Origin: a virus
Strand: one strand, 5' to 3'
Length of the DNA stretch: 64,000 bases
Virus record (IMG/VR): IMGVR_UViG_3300045988_177154
Location: 64,001 to 128,000 of that record
Each line of letters opens with the position of its first letter. The stretch's first letter is position 1. Below the pieces are notes generated by a model. The model did not search any database, was not told the origin of the DNA, and saw only the letters and a program-made list of their open reading frames with translations. Positions 47,968-56,263 of this stretch are shown one piece after another. Position numbers and translations under genes: made by a program.

Positions 47968-48909
47968 ATGAAATATAGCAACATGGAAGAATTGAAAGAC
48001 ATTCTTACTCAAAATAAATTCATTAAAGAACCTTATAAAGTAAATTTTAATTTTGATGAAGAGTTTGAAGAAGTAACAATCAAAATCAGTAATAATGATA
48101 AAATGGTTTATGATAAATCTTGTCATATTACTGGTATGTCTGCTCTTCTTAAAAATATTGAAGAAGAAGGCTACCCTATCCTTATTAAAAAATTAAAAGG
48201 CTATGATTCAACATTACCATTAGAAAACATTGGTAAAATCAAATTGAAAGAAGAAGTTATCTTTACCGACCCTTGCTATACGCCAAATGAAGCAAAAGAT
48301 AATAAAGTAAAGATTAAACCAGGTACTTGGAATGTTGCTTATGCACAACTTGGTATTTTCTCAAGTCGGCCTGAATATTTAATTTTATTCCATGAATCAT
48401 TTAACGAAACTCCCAAACGACTAACAAAATTACCTTTTACAATTGGAGTTGATTCTGGGCAACTTGGAATTACTAATGTTTCTGAATATGAGGATATTTA
48501 TAGCCGTAACGCAGAAAGATGGTATGACTACATCTGTGAAAAAACATATAGACACGTTGAAAAGGAACTTCCCCCAGGTTATAAAAAATTAACAAGAAAA
48601 TACAAAGCTACAGATGTATTGTTTTCACGACTTATTGCTATGCAAGATAAAGAATTACTTAGTTCAATTGATAAACTACGTAAGCAAATAAAGGAAATGG
48701 AATTAGAATTGAGAGACTTCTATCCAAATATTCCATACTACACTCATTTGTTTAATGATAACAACAATTATCTCGATTTATCCTTTGAACCTTATGTAAC
48801 TCATAATGCTGTTTGGTCTAGCACAGCATATGGAGATGGTGTTTACCCAGTAAAAGTAGCAAGAAATAAAGATAAAGAAATTATTTATATTAAAGTAGAC
48901 ATGAAATAA
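47968..48909 (+). CDS. hypothetical protein (C-terminal region DUF4241-like?)
   Basis: 313 aa. GVDSGQLGI and SSTAYGDGVYPV resemble the D.G / GDG.YP motifs I associate with DUF4241. Low certainty. Confidence 0.5.
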   Translation: MKYSNMEELKDILTQNKFIKEPYKVNFNFDEEFEEVTIKISNNDKMVYDKSCHITGMSALLKNIEEEGYPILIKKLKGYDSTLPLENIGKIKLKEEVIFTDPCYTPNEAKDNKVKIKPGTWNVAYAQLGIFSSRPEYLILFHESFNETPKRLTKLPFTIGVDSGQLGITNVSEYEDIYSRNAERWYDYICEKTYRHVEKELPPGYKKLTRKYKATDVLFSRLIAMQDKELLSSIDKLRKQIKEMELELRDFYPNIPYYTHLFNDNNNYLDLSFEPYVTHNAVWSSTAYGDGVYPVKVARNKDKEIIYIKVDMK

Positions 48910-48927
48910 AATAGGAGATTATAGAAT

Positions 48928-49416
48928 ATGACAAAAAATTTACAAATGACTCAAGCAGAGTATCATTCATTAGAAGAAAAACTTGAAGAACTAAAATTAG
49001 TTAAACGACCTGAAATTATCGAGCGTATCAAAATTGCTCGTAGTTACGGTGACTTATCTGAAAACTCTGAATATGAATCAGCTAAAGATGAGCAAGCATT
49101 CCTTGATACAGAAATTGCTAAATTAGAAGAACGACTACGCTCTGCCCAAATTATTAACATTACTGACACTCAAGAAAATATTGTAAGTATTGGACGAACA
49201 GTAAGAGTATTAGAATCAGATACCAATAAGGAAGTAACTTACAAAATCGTGGGTATTTCTCATGCTGATGCTTTTGAAATGAAGATTACTCAAGAGTCAC
49301 CAATCGGGAAGGCTTTGTTCGGACATACTATTGGAGATACAGTTCATGTATATACTCCAGTACCACAAGAAAGCTATGATTTAACTATTCTTGATGTAAC
49401 TTACTCAAAAGACTAA
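48928..49416 (+). CDS. greA: transcription elongation factor GreA
   Basis: 162 aa. LEEL...RPEIIERIKIARSYGDLSENSEYESAKDEQAFLDTEIAKLEERLRSAQII is the GreA coiled-coil signature with the acidic tip DLSEN.EY. Confidence 0.85.
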   Translation: MTKNLQMTQAEYHSLEEKLEELKLVKRPEIIERIKIARSYGDLSENSEYESAKDEQAFLDTEIAKLEERLRSAQIINITDTQENIVSIGRTVRVLESDTNKEVTYKIVGISHADAFEMKITQESPIGKALFGHTIGDTVHVYTPVPQESYDLTILDVTYSKD

Positions 49417-49525
49417 AACTGATTTTGAACGTTGTTATATCGTCATATAAGCAACGCTAAGACTGTAAAAACTGGATTTCGATAAATGTATCGACTTTAC
49501 GAAAAAACAGCTTAGAGTTGCTTAT
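49416..49525 (-). repeat. R element copy 6 (inverted orientation)
   Basis: The reverse complement reads AAGCAACTCTAAGCTGTTTTTTCGTAAAGTCGATACATTTATCGAAATCCAGTTTTTACAGTCTTAGCGTTGCTTATATGACGATATAACAACGTTCAAAATCAGTTTT. Confidence 0.8.
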
Positions 49526-49553
49526 TTTTCCATATAGAAAAGGAGTTTAAAAA

Positions 49554-50645
49554 TTGGAAAAAAGCAGAAAAGAAAAAACGACAGATAAAAAATTGCTTCT
49601 AAAGCGATTTCTCATAGTACTTTTAATCATTCTATCGTGTGGAATGGCTTATTCTTATTACTTAGTAAAAAATGCTGAATCTAAATTGGAAGTAACTTAT
49701 AAACCAATAGAAAATCATGAAGAAAATAAAGTTATCGAAGCTACTAAATCAATGTCTATTCTTTTAATGGGAGTAGATACTGGAAATAGTGAAAGAACAG
49801 AAACATGGGCTGGTAATAGTGATAGCATGCTTGTTATGACTATCAATCCTAAAACAAAGAAAACAACAATTACAAGCTTAGAACGAGATATACTTACAGA
49901 AATTGAACATGATGGAGAAACAATTCAAGCTAAATTAAATGCAGCTTATCAAATGGGTGGAGTTGATTTAGCAATTCCTACTATTGAAAAAATGCTAAAT
50001 ATGAAGTTTGACCATTACTTGTTAATCAATATGAATGGCTTAGCTAAATTAGTCGATGCTGTTGGTGGAGTTGATGTTGAAAATAAATTAGGATTTCCTA
50101 TTACTATCCAAGACCAAGAAGTAGATAATCAAATTGTAATTGGAACAGGTAAACAACACTTAAATGGCGAGGAAGCATTAGTTTATTCAAGAATGAGATA
50201 CCAAGACCCAGAGGGTGATTATGGACGACAAAAACGCCAACGTGAAGTTATCCAAGCTATTATTTCTAAAATGATTTCATTTGATAGCTTAGGTAATTAT
50301 TCTGAAATTCTTGAAGCAATAAGTACTAATATTCAAACAGATATTCCGTTAAATTCAAGCAATGTGATGAATTTATTAGGCTATAAGAGTAGCTTGAACA
50401 ATATTGAACAATTCCAACTTGAAGGTGATGATGCTACTATTGCAGGCATTAGTTATCAAATCGCTAAAGCAGATAGTTTATTAGAAATTCAAAATAGAAT
50501 TAGAGAAGAACTTGGCGAAGATAAAGTAACTAAATTAAAGACAAATGCAGTTATAAATGGAAGTACAAGTCATAAAGATTCAGATGAACCTAAAAGTGTA
50601 AATAATGATGATGATTCATATTTTACTTACAAGAAAGAAGAATAA
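49554..50645 (+). CDS. LytR-CpsA-Psr (LCP) family protein
   Basis: 363 aa, TTG start after AAAGGAG. N-terminal TM. SILLMGVDTG...NSDSMLVMTINPKTKKTTITSLERD...RMRYQDPEGDYGRQKRQREV are LCP motifs. Confidence 0.8.
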   Translation: MEKSRKEKTTDKKLLLKRFLIVLLIILSCGMAYSYYLVKNAESKLEVTYKPIENHEENKVIEATKSMSILLMGVDTGNSERTETWAGNSDSMLVMTINPKTKKTTITSLERDILTEIEHDGETIQAKLNAAYQMGGVDLAIPTIEKMLNMKFDHYLLINMNGLAKLVDAVGGVDVENKLGFPITIQDQEVDNQIVIGTGKQHLNGEEALVYSRMRYQDPEGDYGRQKRQREVIQAIISKMISFDSLGNYSEILEAISTNIQTDIPLNSSNVMNLLGYKSSLNNIEQFQLEGDDATIAGISYQIAKADSLLEIQNRIREELGEDKVTKLKTNAVINGSTSHKDSDEPKSVNNDDDSYFTYKKEE

Positions 50646-50647
50646 GA

Positions 50648-51055
50648 ATGATTTTACGATTTCAAGTACTTGAACATGAAAAAAGACCAAAAGTTATAGA
50701 TTTTGAATTTGATAGCATTAGCAAAGCACTTGATTTTCTTATGAAAGGGCGACCATTATCTGATTTTAATTTTGATGTAAGTCAATACTTGCTTTACACA
50801 AGAGGCAATATTGATAGTATTGTTTATCAAGTAACTCTATTAGATAAAGAGAGTGGAAAGAATATTGCTTTAGAAGATTTGACTTTCGAAGTGATTACTA
50901 GATATATTGATATGCAAGAATTTATTGAAAAGGTTTGTTTAGAAGATGAGTTGGAAGCTTATGCAGAAGAAGCCAAAGAATTATATCCGGGCTCAGCTTC
51001 ACTACTTATGCCAATTCATACTTACAATGGATTACCAACAGAAAGAGTGGTTTAG
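50648..51055 (+). CDS. hypothetical protein
   Basis: 135-aa ORF immediately after the LCP gene. Confidence 0.55.
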   Translation: MILRFQVLEHEKRPKVIDFEFDSISKALDFLMKGRPLSDFNFDVSQYLLYTRGNIDSIVYQVTLLDKESGKNIALEDLTFEVITRYIDMQEFIEKVCLEDELEAYAEEAKELYPGSASLLMPIHTYNGLPTERVV

Positions 51056-51076
51056 ACCACTCTTATTTTGTTATGG

Positions 51077-51105
51077 TTGACTTTTCATAAATCTTGTTAT
51101 ATAAT
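51077..51105 (+). promoter_or_regulatory. sigma70-like promoter
   Basis: TTGACT 51077-51082, 17 nt, TATAAT 51100-51105. Confidence 0.55.
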
Positions 51106-51139
51106 ACAATAGAAATGAAAGAATAAAGGAGTTTTTAAT

Positions 51140-52102
51140 TTGAAGAAATATTTTATTTTAGGCGCTATGTTATTTAACTTTACTCATACAACAGTTCATG
51201 CAGATTCACCAACTATTCAAGATTCTGCTAAAGGAGAACTATTGTCTGATACTTCTGTTTCAACATTAACAGAATACAAAGAAAAAATTGCTAAACTATC
51301 AGAACTTACAACAAAAGAAAAAGAAGATTTCTTTAAGGAGCTTTATGCAGCTTCATCTAAAAATGATTTTGAAAAAGTTCTAAAAAAAGCTAATTCAAAA
51401 AACAATCAACACGTTATCGAAAGACAACAAAAAGAAAAAATTGCCAAAGAAAAAGTAAAATCAGAAAATGATAAAAAACCTATGCAAGTATTTGAATTGA
51501 CTGCTATTTATGAATCTGGCAATCGTAACCCTGGAGCTATTTTAGGAACACTTGAAGATGGTGCTGGAATGAATTATGGCACATATTCATTAACTCAAAA
51601 ATATACAATGAAACCATATTTAGAATTTTTAAGTAAAAATTATCCTGAGCTACGCTCTCAATTAACAGGTGAAATTAACTCTGATGAATTTAATGCTTCA
51701 TGGAAAGCTTTGGGAGAAACAGAAACAGAAAAATTTAAAGCTTCTCAAGCACAATATATTTTTGAAACTAATATTATGCCCGTATTAGAAAAACTTAAAA
51801 AAGAGACTGGAGTAGATTTCCTAGACGGAACTCACTCAATTGGTTCTATTGGAATGATTTCAGGTATGATTCATAATGCTGGTCACGCATGGTACTCAAT
51901 TATTAAAGAAGCTGCTATTACAACTAAAAATGAATCATCACAATTTAATGATAAAGCATTTGTTGAACGTATTGGCGGTTGGGTAAGAGATAACTACTCT
52001 GGAGTATACTCACAATCAATCCGTAACCGATACTCTAAACAAACACCTCAAGAAAAAGAACGTACAGAACTATTCACTTACACTAAGAAAGAAAATCTAT
52101 AA
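51140..52102 (+). CDS. secreted protein (possible cell-wall glycosidase)
   Basis: 320 aa, TTG start after AAAGGAG. Signal peptide MKKYFILGAMLFNFTHTTVHA. The C-terminal domain with IYESGN...DGAGMNYGTYS vaguely recalls chitosanase/lysozyme-like folds; the functional call is weak. Confidence 0.45.
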   Translation: MKKYFILGAMLFNFTHTTVHADSPTIQDSAKGELLSDTSVSTLTEYKEKIAKLSELTTKEKEDFFKELYAASSKNDFEKVLKKANSKNNQHVIERQQKEKIAKEKVKSENDKKPMQVFELTAIYESGNRNPGAILGTLEDGAGMNYGTYSLTQKYTMKPYLEFLSKNYPELRSQLTGEINSDEFNASWKALGETETEKFKASQAQYIFETNIMPVLEKLKKETGVDFLDGTHSIGSIGMISGMIHNAGHAWYSIIKEAAITTKNESSQFNDKAFVERIGGWVRDNYSGVYSQSIRNRYSKQTPQEKERTELFTYTKKENL

Positions 52103-52116
52103 AAGGAGCTTTAATT

Positions 52117-53103
52117 ATGCTAAAACAAAAAGATAATAAATTTTACATTGGAAAAGAAGAAGTAACACTATTTGCTATTTATTTACCAGATTTATTTACA
52201 GATGTTCCAAGTGATTACTATTTCTATTTTAATCCAAAGAACAATAAATTTGAAATGGCTAGCGATAATAGTTTTGCTTATTGGGCTTCTCAAGTCTTTT
52301 ATGATAGTAGTTTTATTGTTCTTGCTCAATATAAAAAATCAGAACGAATTGATTTAATTAACGATAAAACATTCTTATTTAAGTATTTTTCTGACACAAT
52401 GGATAATGACGAAGACCGCCAAATCTTTTTGGAACATGGTAAAGAAGAAATTGATAAGATTCATGCTTCATATGAAAATATGAAAAGACTTCTTGCTGGA
52501 GTAGGTGCTGGATTATTTGACTCAGAAAAATATATTGTCCAATGGCTGCAGAAAGAATACGGGGAAAATTTAATCTTTAGTATTACTCCAAATGACTATG
52601 GCTATCTATTAAAAATTCATGAATATAATAAAGTTGCACAATATTTACATAAATCTAATTTCAATAAAGACTGGGGAAAGAAAAGAGTCAAAACCGAGTT
52701 AAACAATTTAAAATATGAATTAGCTTTTCAAAGAGCAATTACTCGTTCACTTGAAAGTGTAAAGGAATACGAAAAAGAAATAATCAAAGAAAAAGCTAAA
52801 AATATTTTATCAGATTGCAATATTGGTAAAATCGATAGCATTACAAGTAGAATTGAGAACAACGAAATTATTATGATGGCAAGACTTATCTTATTTAGTG
52901 GTGATTATCTTACTATTCACTTTGCTAAGGATTTTACTATAACACGAATTGCAAAATCAATTAAAGACAAAGGCCAGGAAGAAATTATTGATGGTATTAC
53001 TTATATAAAACCAGGCTCTTTTACAGAAACATTTGCTAATATTAGTACAAAAATCAACTTGGAAGAAACTGATAAATGGTTACCAATTTTGGATAACTTA
53101 TAA
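52117..53103 (+). CDS. hypothetical protein
   Basis: 328-aa ORF, AAGGAG RBS. Confidence 0.6.
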   Translation: MLKQKDNKFYIGKEEVTLFAIYLPDLFTDVPSDYYFYFNPKNNKFEMASDNSFAYWASQVFYDSSFIVLAQYKKSERIDLINDKTFLFKYFSDTMDNDEDRQIFLEHGKEEIDKIHASYENMKRLLAGVGAGLFDSEKYIVQWLQKEYGENLIFSITPNDYGYLLKIHEYNKVAQYLHKSNFNKDWGKKRVKTELNNLKYELAFQRAITRSLESVKEYEKEIIKEKAKNILSDCNIGKIDSITSRIENNEIIMMARLILFSGDYLTIHFAKDFTITRIAKSIKDKGQEEIIDGITYIKPGSFTETFANISTKINLEETDKWLPILDNL

Positions 53104-53122
53104 AAACTTATCTCATTCCTTG

Positions 53123-53151
53123 TTGACAAATCAGTTACTTTATTATATAAT
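53123..53151 (+). promoter_or_regulatory. sigma70-like promoter
   Basis: TTGACA 53123-53128, 17 nt, TATAAT 53146-53151 (TATATAATATAA context). Confidence 0.6.
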
Positions 53152-53172
53152 ATAACTACAAATCACAAAGGA

Positions 53173-54351
53173 ATGAAAACTATGAACTTATTAGAACAAT
53201 ACAAACAGTTACAGAAAACAAACTTATCAAAAGATGGCGATATGCAGCTAGGTATCGCTTACAAAAAAGAAAATGGATTGACTACAGTAAAATACCTTCA
53301 TGGTGGAGTAGATTTTAATAATCCTTTATATAGACAAGCTCGTGGATTAACACTAGACTTGAATGGAAAAGTAATTTTACGAGGATTTGAAAAATTCTTT
53401 AACTGGAAACAATTAACAGAATATGAAAATTATTCAAAGGAATTTAAAAAAGTATACTCAGAAGTAGAATATATCCCTAATCATAAATATAATTTCTATG
53501 AAAAGTTGGATGGTTCACTAATTCTCTTAGCAGAGTATAAGAATCGTTTTGTAGCTGCAACTACTTCATCATCTTATAATCCATATACTCAAACTGCTCT
53601 TAAATGGTTCCACCAAAAAGAAAACCATAGAGAATTGCTTAACTATCTAAGAGCTAAAAATATTACATTAGCATTTGAATACATTTCAATCAAAAACCCA
53701 ATCGTAATTCATTATACTCATACTGATTACGTTTTAATTGGAGCTCATGAAAACAAAACAGGTAAACGCTACTCACAAGAACAATTAAACAAAATTGCTA
53801 AACGTTTTGGATTTAACCAACCTAAAGTTTTCCAATATACTTTTGAAGAAATTCAAGAAGTTATGAGCAATGCTAAAGATATTGAAGGCTTCGTGCTAGA
53901 AAATACTTATGGAAAACTTATTAAATTTAAAACTGACGAATGGTTCCGCTTGAAAGATTACTACGGTATCTTCTTCGGACCACTAACAAATTCAAAAATT
54001 TCTACAATTATTGAAAGCTATCTTGCTGATGAAATTGATGACCTAATCGCTGTTGAACAACAACACGAACATTACAAACATTTAGGATTGCTTGACACTA
54101 CTCTAACTCATGCTAAATATTTTGAAGATGAAGTTCTAAAAGCTTATAAAGTTACAAAACATTTATCAGACAAAGAACTTGGCTTGAATTGGAAAGATTA
54201 TATGGAATCATATGCTTTGCCATGTGTATTTAATATAAGAAAAGGTGTTGATTGGAGAATACAAAGAAAAGGTGAAGGCCCAGTTACATTAGCATTATTA
54301 GTTCAAACAAAAGTAAAACAAGAAAGAGAGGAAGAATTATTAAATGGATAA
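53173..54351 (+). CDS. T4 RnlA-like RNA ligase 1
   Basis: 392 aa. ARGLTLDLNGKVILRGFEKFFNW parallels T4 Rnl1 CRGIMFEMDG...RPMEKFFNL. Motif I YEKLDGSL (KxDG). Confidence 0.75.
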   Translation: MKTMNLLEQYKQLQKTNLSKDGDMQLGIAYKKENGLTTVKYLHGGVDFNNPLYRQARGLTLDLNGKVILRGFEKFFNWKQLTEYENYSKEFKKVYSEVEYIPNHKYNFYEKLDGSLILLAEYKNRFVAATTSSSYNPYTQTALKWFHQKENHRELLNYLRAKNITLAFEYISIKNPIVIHYTHTDYVLIGAHENKTGKRYSQEQLNKIAKRFGFNQPKVFQYTFEEIQEVMSNAKDIEGFVLENTYGKLIKFKTDEWFRLKDYYGIFFGPLTNSKISTIIESYLADEIDDLIAVEQQHEHYKHLGLLDTTLTHAKYFEDEVLKAYKVTKHLSDKELGLNWKDYMESYALPCVFNIRKGVDWRIQRKGEGPVTLALLVQTKVKQEREEELLNG

Positions 54352-54841
54352 GATTATTAACAATATGAGATACACTGACACTCATGTTTATTTCTTTACG
54401 GACCAAGCTCCGTTTTCAAACTTTTATAAAACAAGATTTTATTATAAGGGATATAACTTGCAATTTTCTGAGCAAGGATTTATGATTGAGAAAGCATTGT
54501 TATTTGATAATAGCAAAGCGAGTTTAATCGCTTATGAAAAACACCCTTATCAAGTTAAAATGCTTGGCCGTAAAGTGAGAAATTACAATGAAGCAAAATG
54601 GAATGAAGTACGTTATGATAAAATGGTAGAAGTGCTTCGTGCTAAATTTTCTCAAAATGAAGATTTGAAACAAATCTTACTTGAAACAGGTGACCGTATT
54701 CTAGTCGAAGGCTCTCCTTATGATAAGATTTGGGGCGTAAAAATCGACTGGAAAGATGATAAAATTCTTGACGAAAAGAATTATAAAGGAATGAACTTGT
54801 TAGGTAAGGCACTTATGCAAGTCAGAAGCGAGCTTAAATAG
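54344..54841 (+). CDS. NADAR (YbiA/DUF1768) domain protein
   Basis: 165 aa. FSNFY, FSEQGFMIEKALLF, MLGRKVRNYNEAKWNEVRYDKMVEVLRAKFSQNEDLKQILLETGDRILVEGSPYDKIWG matches the YbiA/NADAR pattern closely. Confidence 0.8.
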   Translation: MDKIINNMRYTDTHVYFFTDQAPFSNFYKTRFYYKGYNLQFSEQGFMIEKALLFDNSKASLIAYEKHPYQVKMLGRKVRNYNEAKWNEVRYDKMVEVLRAKFSQNEDLKQILLETGDRILVEGSPYDKIWGVKIDWKDDKILDEKNYKGMNLLGKALMQVRSELK

Positions 54842-54950
54842 ATTTTGAGGGTCGATATATCGTCACTAGCGAAACGCTAAGATAGTTAAAACTGAATTTC
54901 GATAAATGTATCGACTTAACGAAAAAACAGCTCAGAAACAGTTTTAAAGA
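54841..54950 (-). repeat. R element copy 7 (inverted orientation)
   Basis: The reverse complement reads AAAACTGTTTCTGAGCTGTTTTTTCGTTAAGTCGATACATTTATCGAAATTCAGTTTTAACTATCTTAGCGTTTCGCTAGTGACGATATATCGACCCTCAAAATC. Confidence 0.8.
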
Positions 54951-55048
54951 GAGTTACTAAATAGAGCAACTCTCTTTTTCATTTGACTTTTTAGGTAAGA
55001 TATTGTAAAATAAAGATTACAATAAAAATAAAATAGTAAGGGATAAAT

Positions 55049-56263
55049 ATGAAAGATAATAAAACTGAAATTGAACAACTATCTCGGAGAGAAGTTTTTA
55101 AAATGACTCAAGAAACAAAACGAAAAAAACGTAGTAAAAGAACAAGACTTCTAATTACACTTATTACTGTTGGAATTATTGGTGGAATTGCTATTGAGGG
55201 TGTAAATCTTTTATCAATCTATAATAGTAGTAAGGCTTGGCAAAAACAATCTAAAACGCCTATTGCTTCATTAGAACCTTATATGCTCTATCTAAGCCAA
55301 GAGGATATGGATAATCTTTCAGAATATACTTCAAGATTAAGTGTTATCTATGATAGTAATAAAGGTGTATTTGCTGAGGGAGTTACTCAAAAGGATTTAG
55401 ATGAGTTACAAAAAGAATTTGAAAAATTAGCGCCCTCACTCAAAGAAAAAGAAGAAGCTAAATATAAATTAGTAAGTAATATGTGGAGTATGAAATCTGA
55501 CTATGATGCAATGTGGAATAAAGAACATACTGCATTATTAGACTCTACTACACCTAAAACAGTAAGTGATTATGTGGATAAACACTGGAAAATCATGGAT
55601 TCATATTTAGAAGATGATTCTATTCAAAAAGAATGGCTGATTAACACTTATAATGAATTAAATAAATTAAAAGATGATACTGCTACAATCTCTGCTTTGT
55701 TCAATATGTTTAATTCAACTTTTGATGTATCTGACAAAAAGATTATTGTTAAGAAAGATGTAAGTTCATCATCTATTGCAGAATGGAGTAAAGTTAAAGC
55801 AAATCTTAACTTCAGTTGGCCTATCGTTTCTAATTACATGACTGAAATTATTAACAACTCAACTAAGATTTTAGAAAAACATGATAAAGCTATCAATCTT
55901 TATACAGAATATAGTGGAGCTGCAGAAAGTAAAAATGCTTTTGACACTTGGAGTAAAACATATTCACAATATAATAACAGTATGATTAACTTGCCGAACT
56001 TTGTTGGAAAAGACATTGAAACTGTAAAATCTTGGGCTAAAGAAAATGGAATTACACTCATTATCAATAAAGTAGAAGATTCTGCTAAGAAAGATACAGT
56101 AATTTCACAAAATCCAACTAATTCTGATTATGCTAAAATTCTAAAAGGTAGTGCATTTACTGTTAATATTGCTAAAGAAAAAACAACTACTACTGAAACA
56201 AAAGATAAAGACAAAGAAAATAAAAAAGAAACAACAGAAGCAACAACTAAGGAGAATAACTAA
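55049..56263 (+). CDS. membrane-anchored protein with C-terminal PASTA domain
   Basis: 404 aa. Basic stretch plus TM LLITLITVGIIGGIAI. C-terminal NFVGKDIETVKSWAKENGITLIINKVEDSAKKDTVISQNP...FTVNIAK looks like a PASTA repeat. Confidence 0.6.
   Translation: MKDNKTEIEQLSRREVFKMTQETKRKKRSKRTRLLITLITVGIIGGIAIEGVNLLSIYNSSKAWQKQSKTPIASLEPYMLYLSQEDMDNLSEYTSRLSVIYDSNKGVFAEGVTQKDLDELQKEFEKLAPSLKEKEEAKYKLVSNMWSMKSDYDAMWNKEHTALLDSTTPKTVSDYVDKHWKIMDSYLEDDSIQKEWLINTYNELNKLKDDTATISALFNMFNSTFDVSDKKIIVKKDVSSSSIAEWSKVKANLNFSWPIVSNYMTEIINNSTKILEKHDKAINLYTEYSGAAESKNAFDTWSKTYSQYNNSMINLPNFVGKDIETVKSWAKENGITLIINKVEDSAKKDTVISQNPTNSDYAKILKGSAFTVNIAKEKTTTTETKDKDKENKKETTEATTKENN

Noticed and set aside
47527-48126. 199-aa minus-strand ORF, the longest antisense ORF in the track
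   Set aside because: It lies fully antisense to three well-supported plus-strand genes. It has a low-complexity Phe/Ile/Ser-rich sequence typical of the reverse frame of AT-rich coding DNA, and no RBS.
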